A DNA stretch of 64,000 bases from Vicugna vicugna (taxonomy: Eukaryota). The stretch is taken from positions 124,001 to 188,000 of the forward strand of contig MU058687.1 of assembly GCA_013265495.1 (NCBI GenBank), written 5' to 3'. Of the stretch, positions 26,159-37,313 are shown piece by piece (position 1 is the first letter of the stretch; each line of letters starts with the position of its first letter). The notes under the pieces were generated by a model that was given only the letters and a program-made list of their open reading frames with translations, was not told where the DNA came from and ran no database searches. The translations under genes were made by a program, and so were the position numbers.

Positions 26159-26623
26159 TATGAAGGAAAAGCTGGGCTGGTCTAACAAGATAACTCACAA
26201 GTCTAGGAATGTGAAGGAGAGGCTGGGCTGGGCTAACAAGATAACTCACAAATCTAAGTATTGGAATACTGATCTGAGTTCTGCTGGACTAACTTGTAAA
26301 TCTAAGTTAATTAGTGTTGGTTTGCTGTTTATGTTTTTTTGCTAGCCAGCTGGGTTTTCAAAGATACATATCTGGGTTTGGAATGTTGGTTTGCTGCCTC
26401 CCCACCTCCACTTTTGTGATGATAATGCTGCTAAAGCTGTTCCATGCCTATTGGCCGAATACCCCAAGCTTGTACTTTACCCTATAAAACCTCATGTGCA
26501 CGTCTTGGAGGTGCTCAGAGCTTCGGAGCAGAAGCCCCTCTGAGCCTGCTGGCGTAATACATCTGAGTACTCCAACCCTCCGAGTGGTGCTTGTTTCTTG
26601 ACTGGCCTGTCGTTTCTGTAACA
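26159..26623 (+). mobile_element. ERV1-type solo LTR copy A
   Basis: TA(TG)TGAAGG...GTAACA; ATTGG box, TATAAAA, AATACA variant poly(A) signal; 4-bp TSD ctat/ctgt; 51-bp 5' tandem duplication. Confidence 0.85.
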
Positions 26624-26656
26624 CTGTAAGTGTAACAGTGCAGTGCTAGGTCATAT

Positions 26657-27079
26657 TGTGAAGGAAAAGCCGGGCTGGGCCTACTAGTAAATCTAAGTGT
26701 GATAAGTGTCGGATTACTATCTGAGTTCTGCTGGGCTAACTCATAAATCTAAGTTAATAAGTGTTGGTTTGCTGATTCCCTGCTCATGTTTTTTTTTGCT
26801 AGTCAGCTGGATTTTCAGAGAGACATATCTGGCCTTGAAATGTTGGTTTGCTACCTCCCTGCCTCTACTTTTGTGATAATGATGCTGCTAAAGCTGTTCC
26901 ATGCCTATTGGCTGAATACCCCAAGCTTGTAATTAACCCTATAAAACCTCATGCACACGTCTTGGAGGTGCTCAGAGCTTCGGAGCAGAAGCCCCTCTGA
27001 CCCCGCCAGCATAATAAATCTGAGTACTCCAACCCTCCAAGTAGTGCTTGTTTCTTGGCTAGCTGTCATTTCCATAACA
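26657..27079 (+). mobile_element. ERV1-type solo LTR copy B
   Basis: TGTGAAGG...ATAACA; ATTGG, TATAAAA, AATAAA; perfect 4-bp TSD ATAT. Confidence 0.88.
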
Positions 27080-27235
27080 ATATGTTTGCCCATTTAACCA
27101 TCACAATAGATTCTTTACAGATAAGGAAACTGGATTCAGAGGCTTAATTATGTAACTTGCTAAAGATCACCACGGAATTAAGAAGCAGAGTCAAACTGGA
27201 ACCCAGGTAGGTCTTACTCCATAAACAGCTACCTG
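27080..27235 (-). mobile_element. MIR SINE (host of LTR A and B; other pieces at 26141-26158 and 26624-26656)
   Basis: ttactgagcacctactat...gtgctagg...catttaacc...ttacagataaggaaactg...taacttgctaaagatcac. Confidence 0.7.
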
Positions 27236-27357
27236 CTCTGGAAGTCACAGTAGGTACCCTTAGCTCTAGGGAAAAGGCTTGGTAAAGGTTTTAGAGGGCC
27301 AGGGAAGAATTAGGAAATGTTTCCACTGATCCCCTGAATTACAACCACTTGAGATGC

Positions 27358-27447
27358 TTTTTTTTTTCCCAAATGGAGGTACTGGGAATTGAACCAAGTA
27401 CCTCGTGCATGCTCAGCGTGCACTCTACCAACTGAGTTATACCCCCA
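27358..27447 (-). mobile_element. tRNA-Ala SINE (vic-1-like)
   Basis: Poly-T plus reverse of gggggtataactcagttggtagagtgcacgctgagcatgcacgagg...cccagtacctcca. Confidence 0.85.
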
Positions 27448-27533
27448 TCCTTGGAATATTTACTCAAGCTTCTTGGGACTGCCAGTGTTTTTCCCAACCC
27501 ATTAGCTCTCAGCAGTCTTTGAACCTCTATTAC

Positions 27534-27995
27534 TGTTACAGAAACGACAGGCCAGTCAATAAACAAGCACCACTCGGAGGGTTGGAGTACTCAGATGTAT
27601 TACGCCAGCAGGCTCAGAGGGGCTTCTGCTCCGAAGCTCTGAGCACCTCCAAGACGTGCACATGAGGTTTTATAGGGTAAAGTACAAGCTTGGGGTATTC
27701 GGCCAATAGGCATGGAACAGCTTTAGCAGCATTATCATCACAAAAGTGGAGGTGGGGAGGCAGCAAACCAACATTCCAAACCCAGATATGTATCTTTGAA
27801 AACCCAGCTGGCTAGCAAAAAAACATAAATAGCAAACCAACACTAATTAACTTAGATTTACAAGTTAGTCCAGAGCAGAACTCAGTATTCCAATACTTAG
27901 ATTTGTGAGTTATCTTGTTAGCCCAGCCCAGCCTCTCCTTCACATTCCTAGACTTGTGAGTTATCTTGTTAGACCAGCCCTGTTTTTCCTTCACA
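27534..27995 (-). mobile_element. ERV1-type solo LTR copy C (inverted, ~98% identical to copy A)
   Basis: Reverse complement of copy A; perfect 4-bp TSD TTAC; ends 220 bp upstream of the ACOT6 ATG. Confidence 0.9.
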
Positions 27996-28047
27996 TTACT
28001 GGATTGCAGGATTAATAATTAACTCTTATTTTGGCAAATACTTTCTT

Positions 28048-28161
28048 CCAATCAGGCGGTAGTAGATTGCACTAACTCTAAGAGACCTCACAGACCACTA
28101 CGCAAGTGCCCCAAGGCCAACCAATGAGAGTAGCAGCTGCGTCCCACGTGGAGAGACGTCA
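28048..28161 (+). promoter_or_regulatory. ACOT6 proximal promoter motifs
   Basis: CCAAT at 28048 and 28121; CCAAGGCCA (NR5A-type YCAAGGYCR) at 28111-28119; E-box CACGTG at 28145-28150; CRE-like GACGTCA at 28155-28161. Confidence 0.45.
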
Positions 28162-28215
28162 TATCTTGCTAGCGACTCTTCCTAGTGGGGCCGCTCCTTT
28201 TCTGCCGGGATCTGA

Positions 28216-28672
28216 ATGGCGGCGACGGTGACGCTAGAGCCCGCGGGTCGCTGCCCCTGGGATGAGCCGGTGCGCATCGCCGTGTGCGGCCTGGCCCCGG
28301 GGCAGCGGGTCACGCTGCGCGCGTCCCTGCGCGACGAGAAGGGCGCGCTCTTCCGGGCCCACGCGCGCTACTGCGCCGACGCCTACGGCGGGCTGGACCT
28401 GGCGCGCGCGCCCGCGCTGGGCGGCAGCTTCGTGGGACTCGAGCCCATGGGGCTCTTCTGGGCCCTGGAGCCTGAGAAGCCCTTGGTGCAGTTGGTGAAG
28501 CGGGACGTGCAGACACCTTTCGCCGTGAAGCTGGAGGTGCTCGACGGCCACGAGCCCGACACCGAGCGGCTCCTGGGCCAGACGGTGCACGAGCGCGACT
28601 TCCTGCCGCCCGGGGTGCGGCGCGAGCCGGTGCGCGCGGGCCGGGTGCGCGCCACGCTCTTCCTGCCGCCAG
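28216..28672 (+). CDS. ACOT6: ACOT6 coding exon 1
   Basis: TGA immediately before ATG at 28216; [18 protein letters not shown]...ATLFLPP; donor G|GTGAGC at 28673. Confidence 0.92.
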
Positions 28673-31600
28673 GTGAGCCGCCCGCTTCCCAGGCTGTTCA
28701 GAAAAGCCCACCGGAGTCCCGAGACCCTGGGCGGCCCCTTTCCGGGCCAGGGAACCACGCGACTGTGGAACGCCCCTAACTCCCCAAGTTCCAGAATCTA
28801 TCATGGATTCTGTGTGGAAGTTTCTCCTTTAAATTCTACTTTCTGGAGGTACTGCCACTCCCTTAGCTCTATGCTGTGCTCTAAAAAGTGTATTCAGCAT
28901 CCTCAAAAAGTGAGTTTATTAAGAATTGATATGTGCCAGCCATGCAGCTGTGTCCCAGATACTCATATTCATCAACGACTTAGGCCGGTATGCAAGAGTG
29001 ATTTTTGCCTTCTTTCACAAGGAAGCTAAAACCCACGGATGGAGGCAGTGCCCCATAAATCTAAAACAGAAACGAAAAACTCCCGGATGGTCCCTTCCTC
29101 CTATCATAAACAGTCTGTCAGTGGTTCTCAACCTGGGATGATCTCTCCCCACTCTAGGGGCTATTAGGCAATACCTGGAGATGTTTTTGATTGTTATAAC
29201 TTGAGGGGGGTGTTGCTGCTGGCATCTAATGGGTAGATATAGATGCTGCTAAACATCCACAACGCACAGGACAGCCCCCACAGCAAAGAGATAGCTTACT
29301 CAAAATGTCTATAGTGCTGAGGCTGAGAAACCCTAATAAATAAAAACAAAGTGCTTGCTAGGTAAAAGCGGTCTGTAAACAAGACACCTGACTCTCCACT
29401 TTCAACCAAATTCCTATCTGAAACCCCTACTATATAAAAATGCTGGAGTTGCCACTACTTGCAGAGTCCCTAAACTGAATTCTGTGATTATTCTCCAAAG
29501 CGAGAGGCCTTGCTTTATTCTTAACAGCTCTTAAGCAATTCACAAACTTAACTAGTTGCTGCCCACTCAACTGTGAACTCCTGGAGCTGGAATTGGGTCT
29601 TTGACATCTTTTATCTCTATATTCCTAGAGGCTTACACAGGGATATAATATGAGCTCAATAAATCATACTGACTGATTCATAAGACTCTCCTAAAGACTT
29701 TAACTGTAAAAAAAAAAAAAAAAAACCTTCACCAGCCAGTGATGGTATCTAATATTCCAGTCAAGGTAATCACACGTTAACTATTTTAGAATCTACTGTG
29801 TGGCTCACATAAAATTTATTGTTTTCTGAGTCAAAAGCTTTTTGTAAATAATGCAGAAAAGTTCAGTCATTTAACAAGTATGTATTAAGTCAGGAACTAT
29901 GCTACCTACCTACTGGGGTGCAATTGTGAGCAAAGTCAGACATAGCTCCACTGTATCTACTGCCTAATAGAGGATACAGGCAACTGTACTTGGATCTGTC
30001 AGTATGGTAAGTGCTATGATAGGGAAAGAACAGGCCCAGGGTGCTGGTGGGAATGTATAAAAGGCTACCTAGTGGGGACGGTATAGCTCAAGTGGTAGAG
30101 TATATGCTTAGCATACACGGGGTCCTGGGTTCAATCCCCAGTACCTCCATTAAAAGAATAATTAAACAAATTAGCCTAATTACCTTTCCCCCCTAAAAAA
30201 AACACCCCCCCTAAAAAGGCTATCCAATTCAACTCAGCCTTGGGGTGTGGTGTGATGGGAAGGCTTCCAGGAAGAGAGATCTAAACTTAGATTTGAAGAC
30301 TGATAAGTCAACCAGGTCAAAAAGATGGAGAGAGAAGGGGCCAAAGAGAACATGGCACATTTAGGTATGGCCTTTTTTAAGGCTGGAGCAGAGGGCAGAA
30401 GGAGGTGGAGAGTATATGCTAATAATCTCCTATATATGTAGAGTGCTTTACAGCTCTCAAAACATTCTCAGAGTTCTTTGAGGAAAATTTGGTGGAAACT
30501 GTACATCTCATCCTGTTATTTCTAATTTGTGTATACTATTGTTTTTTTTTAATATGTGAAAAATTCTGGAGAAAATAAGACATTTTGTTCTCTATCCCTT
30601 CTCCCCAAAAGTTATTTAAAAAAAAAAAAAGACAAAATAAAAAGGGTCCCCTCAACCTTCCTTGCTTTAACAACTTCTCTTTGCAGTCTGCCAAAATCTC
30701 AAACCCAAGAATGTCTTTTGAGAGTCTAAAACTCCTTATGATTTGTGGTGCTCTCCAGGTGCAGGACCCTTCCCTGGAATCATCGATCTGTTTGGAAGTG
30801 GTGGTGGCCTTTGTGAATACAGGGCCAGCCTCCTGGCTGGTCATGGTTTTGCTGTGCTTGCTCTGGCTTTTTTCAGATTTGAAGACCTCCCTAAATATTT
30901 GAATGATGTGTGCCTGGAGTACTTTGAAGAAACTGTGGACTTCATGCTACAGCATCCAAAGGTGATTTCTGGTGCTTGCCTGTATACAGAGGAGGTGGGG
31001 TAGCGCAGACCCAGGGCTGGATCCAAAAGCCCTACCAGCACACCCAGGGTTGGAACTATGCCATGAAACACAAAGGCTCCTTCCAAAGTTGTTAGGATTA
31101 TTTTCATTTCCCCCCATCTCTCTCCAAACCCTTAAGACTCAACTGTTTATTCCCTTTAATTCTTGACTGGAATTCAAAAAGTTACTAACCACAAGTTCTA
31201 GTTCTGCATCTACCACAAGTGGCCTTATAATCCTGAATAAGGCAATTTCCCTTTCTAAGATTCAGTTTTTCTCATTTATAAGGTTAATGTAAATGTGTAG
31301 AGGAAGAAATATGACTATGGATTTTTGAGAAATTGGTGACATTTGAATAGGGACTATGCATTTTATGATATTAAAGAATCATTAACTTTGTTAAATGTGT
31401 TAATGGTATTATGGTTTTGTAGAGAAAGTTCTTATCTGAGACTGGAAAAATTAATTAAAACATTTTGGTATGATTATAAATGGAATACATACTCTTTGCT
31501 ACTATCCAGACTTAAAGAAACCCAAACATTCTAATGTTAAGGAATAAGATGTTCTGCAAGGTCTAACTCTGTTAGAATTGAGGGACTTATTTCAGCAGAG

Positions 31601-33089
31601 CTGCTAAAACCTAGATGGTCTTGAAAAGTGATGATTGGCTTATTTATGCGAGATAAGGTTCCAGGAACAGGAAGAGACCAAAATAGATAGTAATAAGTTT
31701 TGCCCCTAGACCTAGGCAAGAGGGGTTTCTGCTCTGGACCTTTTGCTTTAGATGACCACACTCTGGCCTTCCTTTAGCTGCATCCCTGCCCACAAGGTGT
31801 GGAGTTTGAGGGACCAAGGGAATGTGTCCACCTGGAACTCATGTCCTCTTTCCACCATGCCCTGGGGATCTGGAACCCCAGAATTATCTGCCATGCAGCT
31901 CTGATCCTGCTTCCAGGCCCTATGCCTCTTCTCTGGGTCCATTAATGTGAATACATCTGGGCCTTAAACATACAGGCTAGGGTGTCCACATATATGTGTG
32001 AGGGGCCCTCAAGGTGTATGACAGAGCCAGGGATGGGAAGAGAAGCAGGGTTGGCCAAGGACCAGGAACTGGGGCCAGGGCCTGGCTCTCCCCCATGCCA
32101 TGTTCCAGCATGAACTCCGAGGAATTGCAAGATTTAAAATTTGGACCTGAACTTGTAAGTTGTTATGGAGGTGTATTTATCAAAGTAGGAGAAAAGAATA
32201 TATTTTATTAACTTTTAAATATTTATAACTTTTAAATATTTAGGTATAGGATGTATAAGCCTCTGTGTGTACTCTTGACCCAGTCCCATAAATGTTAATG
32301 GAGGGCCTGTGTACTAGGAAATTAATTGATTTGCTTATTAGAAGATACATTTGAACTTTGTGGGTTATTGCATAAGGAAGGAAAGCAAATGGCATTTGAT
32401 AAAGCTGCCAGAGAATATAAAATGGCAGTTTAAGTCTTCCATTTATGAACTCTAAGCTTGTTCTCTCTCTCTCTCTCCATCAGGTGAAAGGCCCTAGTGT
32501 TGGGCTTCTTGGCTTCTCCAAAGGAGGTGACCTGTGTCTCTCAATGGCCTCTTTCTTGAAGGGCATCACAGCCACTGTAGTTATCAATGCATGTGTGGCC
32601 AACACAATAGCTCCGCTGCGTTACAAGGATATGATTATTCCTGAGCTCAGTAATGACCCAGCAAAATATAAGATCACTGAGTCAGGCTTTTGGAATTTCA
32701 TAGATGTTTGGAACAATCCACTAGAGAAATCCAACCACCGAAGTCTTATTCCATTGGAAAAAGCCCAAGGGCCCTTCCTGTTTATTGTTGGCATGGATGA
32801 TCAAAACTGGAAGAGTGAATTCTATGCTCAACTAGCCAGTGAACGGTTACAAGCCCATGGGAAAGACAGACCTGAGATAATCTACTACCCAGGAACTGGT
32901 CATTGTATTGAGCCACCTTATTTTCCTCTTTGTAGAGCCTCTGTGCATACATTTTTGAACCAACCAGTATTCTATGGAGGTGAGCCAAAGTCTCACTCAA
33001 GAGCACAGGTTGATGCCTGGCAGCAAATTCAAACTTTCTTCCATAAACATCTCAGTGGTAAAAAATCTGTCAAGCCCAGCAAAATGTAA
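28216..33089 (+). CDS. ACOT6: Acyl-CoA thioesterase 6, join(28216..28672,30759..30961,32484..33089), 421 aa
   Basis: Three GT-AG exons of 457+203+606 nt in frame; GFSKG nucleophile motif, GMDD, GTGH; ACOT6-like MLQHPKVKGPS and C-terminal KKSVKPSKM; lies between ACOT4 and DNAL1. Confidence 0.92.
29119..29335. mobile_element. MER20-like hAT-Charlie element
   Basis: cagtggttctcaacctggg...ggcatcta...gatgctgctaaacatcc...gaggctgagaaaccct. Confidence 0.8.
30072..30213 (+). mobile_element. tRNA-Ala SINE (vic-1-like)
   Basis: ggtatagctcaagtggtagagtatatgcttagcatacacggggtcctgggttcaatccccagtacctcca plus tail; TSD aaaaggctacct / aaaaggctatcc. Confidence 0.85.
30759..30961 (+). CDS. ACOT6: ACOT6 coding exon 2
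   Basis: Acceptor ctctccag; [31 protein letters not shown]...FMLQHPK; 203 nt; donor AAG|GTGATT. Confidence 0.92.
32484..33089 (+). CDS. ACOT6: ACOT6 coding exon 3
   Basis: (CT)n tract and catcag acceptor; [26 protein letters not shown]...PSKM*. Confidence 0.93.
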   Translation: MKGPSVGLLGFSKGGDLCLSMASFLKGITATVVINACVANTIAPLRYKDMIIPELSNDPAKYKITESGFWNFIDVWNNPLEKSNHRSLIPLEKAQGPFLFIVGMDDQNWKSEFYAQLASERLQAHGKDRPEIIYYPGTGHCIEPPYFPLCRASVHTFLNQPVFYGGEPKSHSRAQVDAWQQIQTFFHKHLSGKKSVKPSKM

Positions 33090-33613
33090 CATTGTAATAA
33101 TATACCATTTAAGAAAAACCCTATTCATTCTAACATGTGTTGGATTTTCCAGAGCATCTAGGAACCTTTTTGTAACGAAGCAATCATATCAGCTTCCTTA
33201 CTGGGTCCTTTTGGATTTTCAGCCTTTGCAACCCTCCTTTCTTCACTGGGTTCATTCCTTTCTCCCCTGAACTCTACCCAATGTGTAGGCGAACCCTGAT
33301 TTTATCTATAGGACCAATCTTTACCTTAAGTAGGAGAAATGTAAGAAGTGCCTGCCCACCTCTCAGTTGCTGCCCTAGCTTTGGCCTTGTGTTCTGGTTC
33401 TGAGGACTGAGCTTTTGTATTGCTAAGAGTCCCATATACTTGCTGGGCTCTAAGTGACCATGTCTGAACCTTGGGAACCTGCCCTCTTGAGTCCCTTGAG
33501 AAGTGGACTCTGCTTCATTCTTGCCAGTACTAACCCTAACCCTGAATGTGTACTCAAGACTTGTCTCTAGATCCCACTCTGAAGAATGGAGGCATTGACA
33601 TACTTAGTATCCT

Positions 33614-33693
33614 AAGCTTTGCTTCTATTTTATGAATGCAAAACTTTGCTTTTATTTTATGAAATGAAAGCTTGGCTTTTATTTTATGAATGA
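33614..33693. repeat. Minisatellite, 3 copies of ~27 bp (aagctttgcttytattttatgaatg)
   Basis: Three imperfect direct copies visible downstream of the ACOT6 stop codon. Confidence 0.75.
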
Positions 33694-35524
33694 GTCCCTA
33701 GACTTCAGTATTTTCCTTACTAATAACTTTACAAAGTAAAATTGAATCCTTTACAACAAAATTTGTTATAAGCAAAACAGTTTATTGATATATACTACTG
33801 ATCTACTTCCTCTATATTTGCCATTTGAATTCTCAATCTCAGTACTTGGCTCTTTGATGCCAAAAGACTTTCAGGACTATATCCTGTGGGTCACTGCCTT
33901 AATCTTTGGATGTAGGGTTATACCTGACAAATTAAACTTCTCCTCAGCACCATCAGTCTGTTCCTCTTACCTTCCTACTGGGAAGGACTGGGATCAGTCT
34001 GCCTTAAACCATTGCCTTGTACTGAGCACTGTCTAGAGTCATGAGACCCGAGCAGAGGATCTTCCCTGAGGGCAATGAGATTTTTTTGAGACACATCACA
34101 TGGTTTGCTGGGTGCATACAAAATCTTTCACAAATTTGAGTCTATCCAAGCAAATGCCCATTAGATTTTAACTAATGAAAAGAAGGGTTCCTTAGCAGTA
34201 ACTTAATTTTGACCAACCTTTAAAAATTTGTGTTGAGTGTAGTTATTCACTATATAGTATAATTTTCTGTGATTTGAATTCAGAGCCTATGCTTTAACTC
34301 ACTCCCAGGCGGTCCTGCTACGCTATAGAGATGCCTTTGGGATGGAGGATCATAAGAGGAAGTTACAAAGAAAATGGCTGGGAGAGTGAGAGAAGTGAAG
34401 GCCAAAAAGGTAGCACCAGAGGCTAAGCATGAGGATGGCTACTAACCATCTCTTAATACTAAAGCACTAGGTGTAGGGACAGCCCCACACCTCAATTTCC
34501 TCCTTACTGATAAAGTAGCCTTGAAATGCCCTACACCGCCTAAAGGTATTTGGTCACTGTCCCCTCAAAGTTGATTATATGTGGCCACCCGTCTCTAAGA
34601 TTTCAAAAAGAATATCTGGTTGTTACAAAGCTACCTAAAATATGGTAAATGTGAATGAAAAGGAAGAGGAAAAGAATTCATAAAATGGAGCCAGAAATGA
34701 GGCCAATACAATACTGCTTATTATGAAATCCTATATACTTGCTTAGATTGGGCCAGTCATTTGTTTTCTAGAGGTTTATGCAAAGAAGGAAACCTAACCA
34801 GTTGCACAGAATTTACAGCAGTCATAAAATAAAAGCTGAGAAATCAATTTCTCCCAAAGGGTATCCTACTGAAAACATTAAATGTTGTAAAGGACTGTAC
34901 CCTCAAATTTGCCTCTAAATAGATATAAATCCCAGGCTCTACCACTTACTGTTGACTGTGGGTAAGTTGTTCACCTCTCTAAGCCTCCATTTCCTCTATA
35001 AAGTGGGGATAATAATAGAGATAATAATAGAAACTATTTCATTGGGCTATTGTGATTAAATTAAATAATCCAAGTAAAGCACTTAACGTATTTAAACTCT
35101 CAAAGATTGGTGCTTAGTATTTCAGATGAGGAAATTGAGACCCAGGAGTGGTCTCAATATACCTGGTTGATGGGAGAATTGGGTCAGTCCAACTCCAAAG
35201 TCCATGGCCTTCACTGACCATTTGGCTCTACTGCCTTCCAGCCTGAGGACACATGCTCAAATAGTACAGAGCTGCATGACGGGTTACTGGAAAGTTAAGG
35301 ATAAATGAGGGTCACATAATGAAGACTCCATAAGCCAAAATGAAGAGTTCAGATTTTAAATGATACTACATAAGGAGCCATTCTAACATATTGATATATT
35401 TTTGCTTTTAAGTGGCTGTCAGTAATTTTTCCTTAAAGCTTAATGGCTCAAAGAAGTTGAAGCCTAAAATAAACTTAATAGGAGAAACTATAAAAAAAAG
35501 AAAACAACAAAAAATTAATCAGAA

Positions 35525-35710
35525 AATATAGCCATGATAAACAACAAGGTCCTACTGTATGGCACAGGAAACTATATTTAATAACTTGTAATGGCCTATA
35601 ATGAAAAAGAATATGAAAAGGAACACATGTATATGCGTAAATGAATCACTATGTTGTACGCTAGAAATTAATACAACATTGAAAATTGGCTATACTTCAA
35701 TTAAAAAAAA
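35525..35710 (+). mobile_element. L1 3' end fragment
   Basis: aacaacaaggtcctactgtatggcacagg...tatacttcaattaaaaaaaa. Confidence 0.75.
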
Positions 35711-37037
35711 TACTAAGAGGGAAAAAAAGAAAATATCCTATGTTAGCCCATTGTTCTGCCTTCTTTTGTACACCTAATGCCCTTGAATGTACTTCCATCA
35801 GGGTGAGAAAGGCCAATGGACCATTCTGAAAGCAAATACATGTTTTTGTTAACCACTGATTATTTTTAAAATATTTGTATAAACCTGTTACAAATTTCAG
35901 CCAACTGAAAACCAAAAAGACTTCTTAATTCTTTCAGAGTATCATGGCTAAACTTATGTACTTTCATTTTAAATGGTCTTTGAACACTGGGAAGATAAAA
36001 GCTTGTGGAAGGCATTCTATTTTTTCAGGTGGTATATGCAGAAATGCACAAAATTCAATATTCATAGCTACTATAATGATGGATTTGGGGGGGTATAAGT
36101 CAAAATTACTTGAGCTGTTTTCTAAAAGTGGGAGTCAGCCATATATAAGCATATATTCTCCAAAGATAGAAGGACTGTAACAAGTACTTTTCAAAAAGAC
36201 AGGATTGTTGTATGGCTCTAAACCAGAAATACTGGTCCAGTAATCATGTGCTTTCAGTAGCAAATATTTTCCATCCATAAATCAGGAAACATGATAATTA
36301 TGATCTTATTTATGGGGTAAGTAGGATAAAATACATATTTGGAAATGAGATTGTTCCCAAAAGAATTCAAGATTTGTACATTTACCCCTTTCTTGACATA
36401 GCAGTTTAACAGAATGTTTTCACCTGGGTTAATTAACCTCATTTTACAGGTACACTTTAATTAAGATAGAATTCTATAGTGGAAAACAAAATTTAACTTA
36501 CATATATCAATACATTCTTCATTGTAAAAGATTCAATTTAAAGTCCTCTTAACTCATTACTCAATTACAGTTTTCTCCAAGTGGTATTTACTGTTACCAA
36601 ATTGAAGTGTACCCTTCCAGAACCTCTTTGTATACATGTACATAAGAATATTTGTACGAATGAAAAAATATGGTTTTATTTTGTGAGTTCAACGCCTTTT
36701 TCTTTAAATAAGAGAGACACCATAAATGTCATGTTAAGTTTTTTCTTGCATTTAAAAAAATATATACATTTTTAATAACTGTGCCAGGCCACAGGACAAT
36801 ACAGATTACTTCCACAGTGTATACATCTGTACTGCTGCCTCACCTGAACCGTTTAAACTTCAACCTTGACAGTCTTTCTTAATCTTAATTGAAAAATAAT
36901 TTCAATCAATAAGAGGAATTTAGCTAGGGCCTAGTAGCCTCATTCAACCAGGTTTAGGAAACAGTGTCCCCTGATGGCCAGAGAGAGCTATTAGAGAAGG
37001 CGAGTGGCCGGCATTTTCCGTCAGAAATCATTAATTG

Positions 37038-37300
37038 TTGTTTCCATGTCTTGGCTATTGTAAATAGTGCTGCTATGAACATTGGGGTGCAGGTGTCATT
37101 TTGAAGTAGGGTTCCTTCTGGATATATGCCCAGGAGCAGGATTCCTGGGTCTAACGGTAAGTCTATTCCTAGTCTTTTGAGGAATCTCCACTGAAAAATT
37201 GTGCTCTACACTGGAATTTGACACAACATTGTAAAATGATTATAAATCAATAAAAAATGTTAAAAAAATAAAATTGAAATAAATTATCATCAACATAAAA
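37038..37300 (+). mobile_element. Young L1 with 5' inversion (twin priming)
   Basis: TSD aaatcattaattg at 37025-37037 and 37301-37313; antisense L1 piece 37038-37190 joined to a sense 3' end starting at 37191. Confidence 0.9.
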
Positions 37301-37313
37301 AAATCATTAATTG

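Noticed and set aside
26160..26260. CRISPR-like or other prokaryotic repeat-spacer arrangement
   Set aside because: Only a two-copy 51-bp duplication inside an LTR; the sequence is mammalian and has no spacers or cas genes.
26159..27079. LTR A and B as the two ends of a deleted provirus or a tandem duplication
   Set aside because: Each has its own TSD, they are noticeably diverged from each other, and the 33-bp spacer is MIR host sequence with no PBS or PPT.
28121..28148. ERSE (CCAAT-N9-CCACG) in the ACOT6 promoter
   Set aside because: The spacer is 18 nt, not the required 9.
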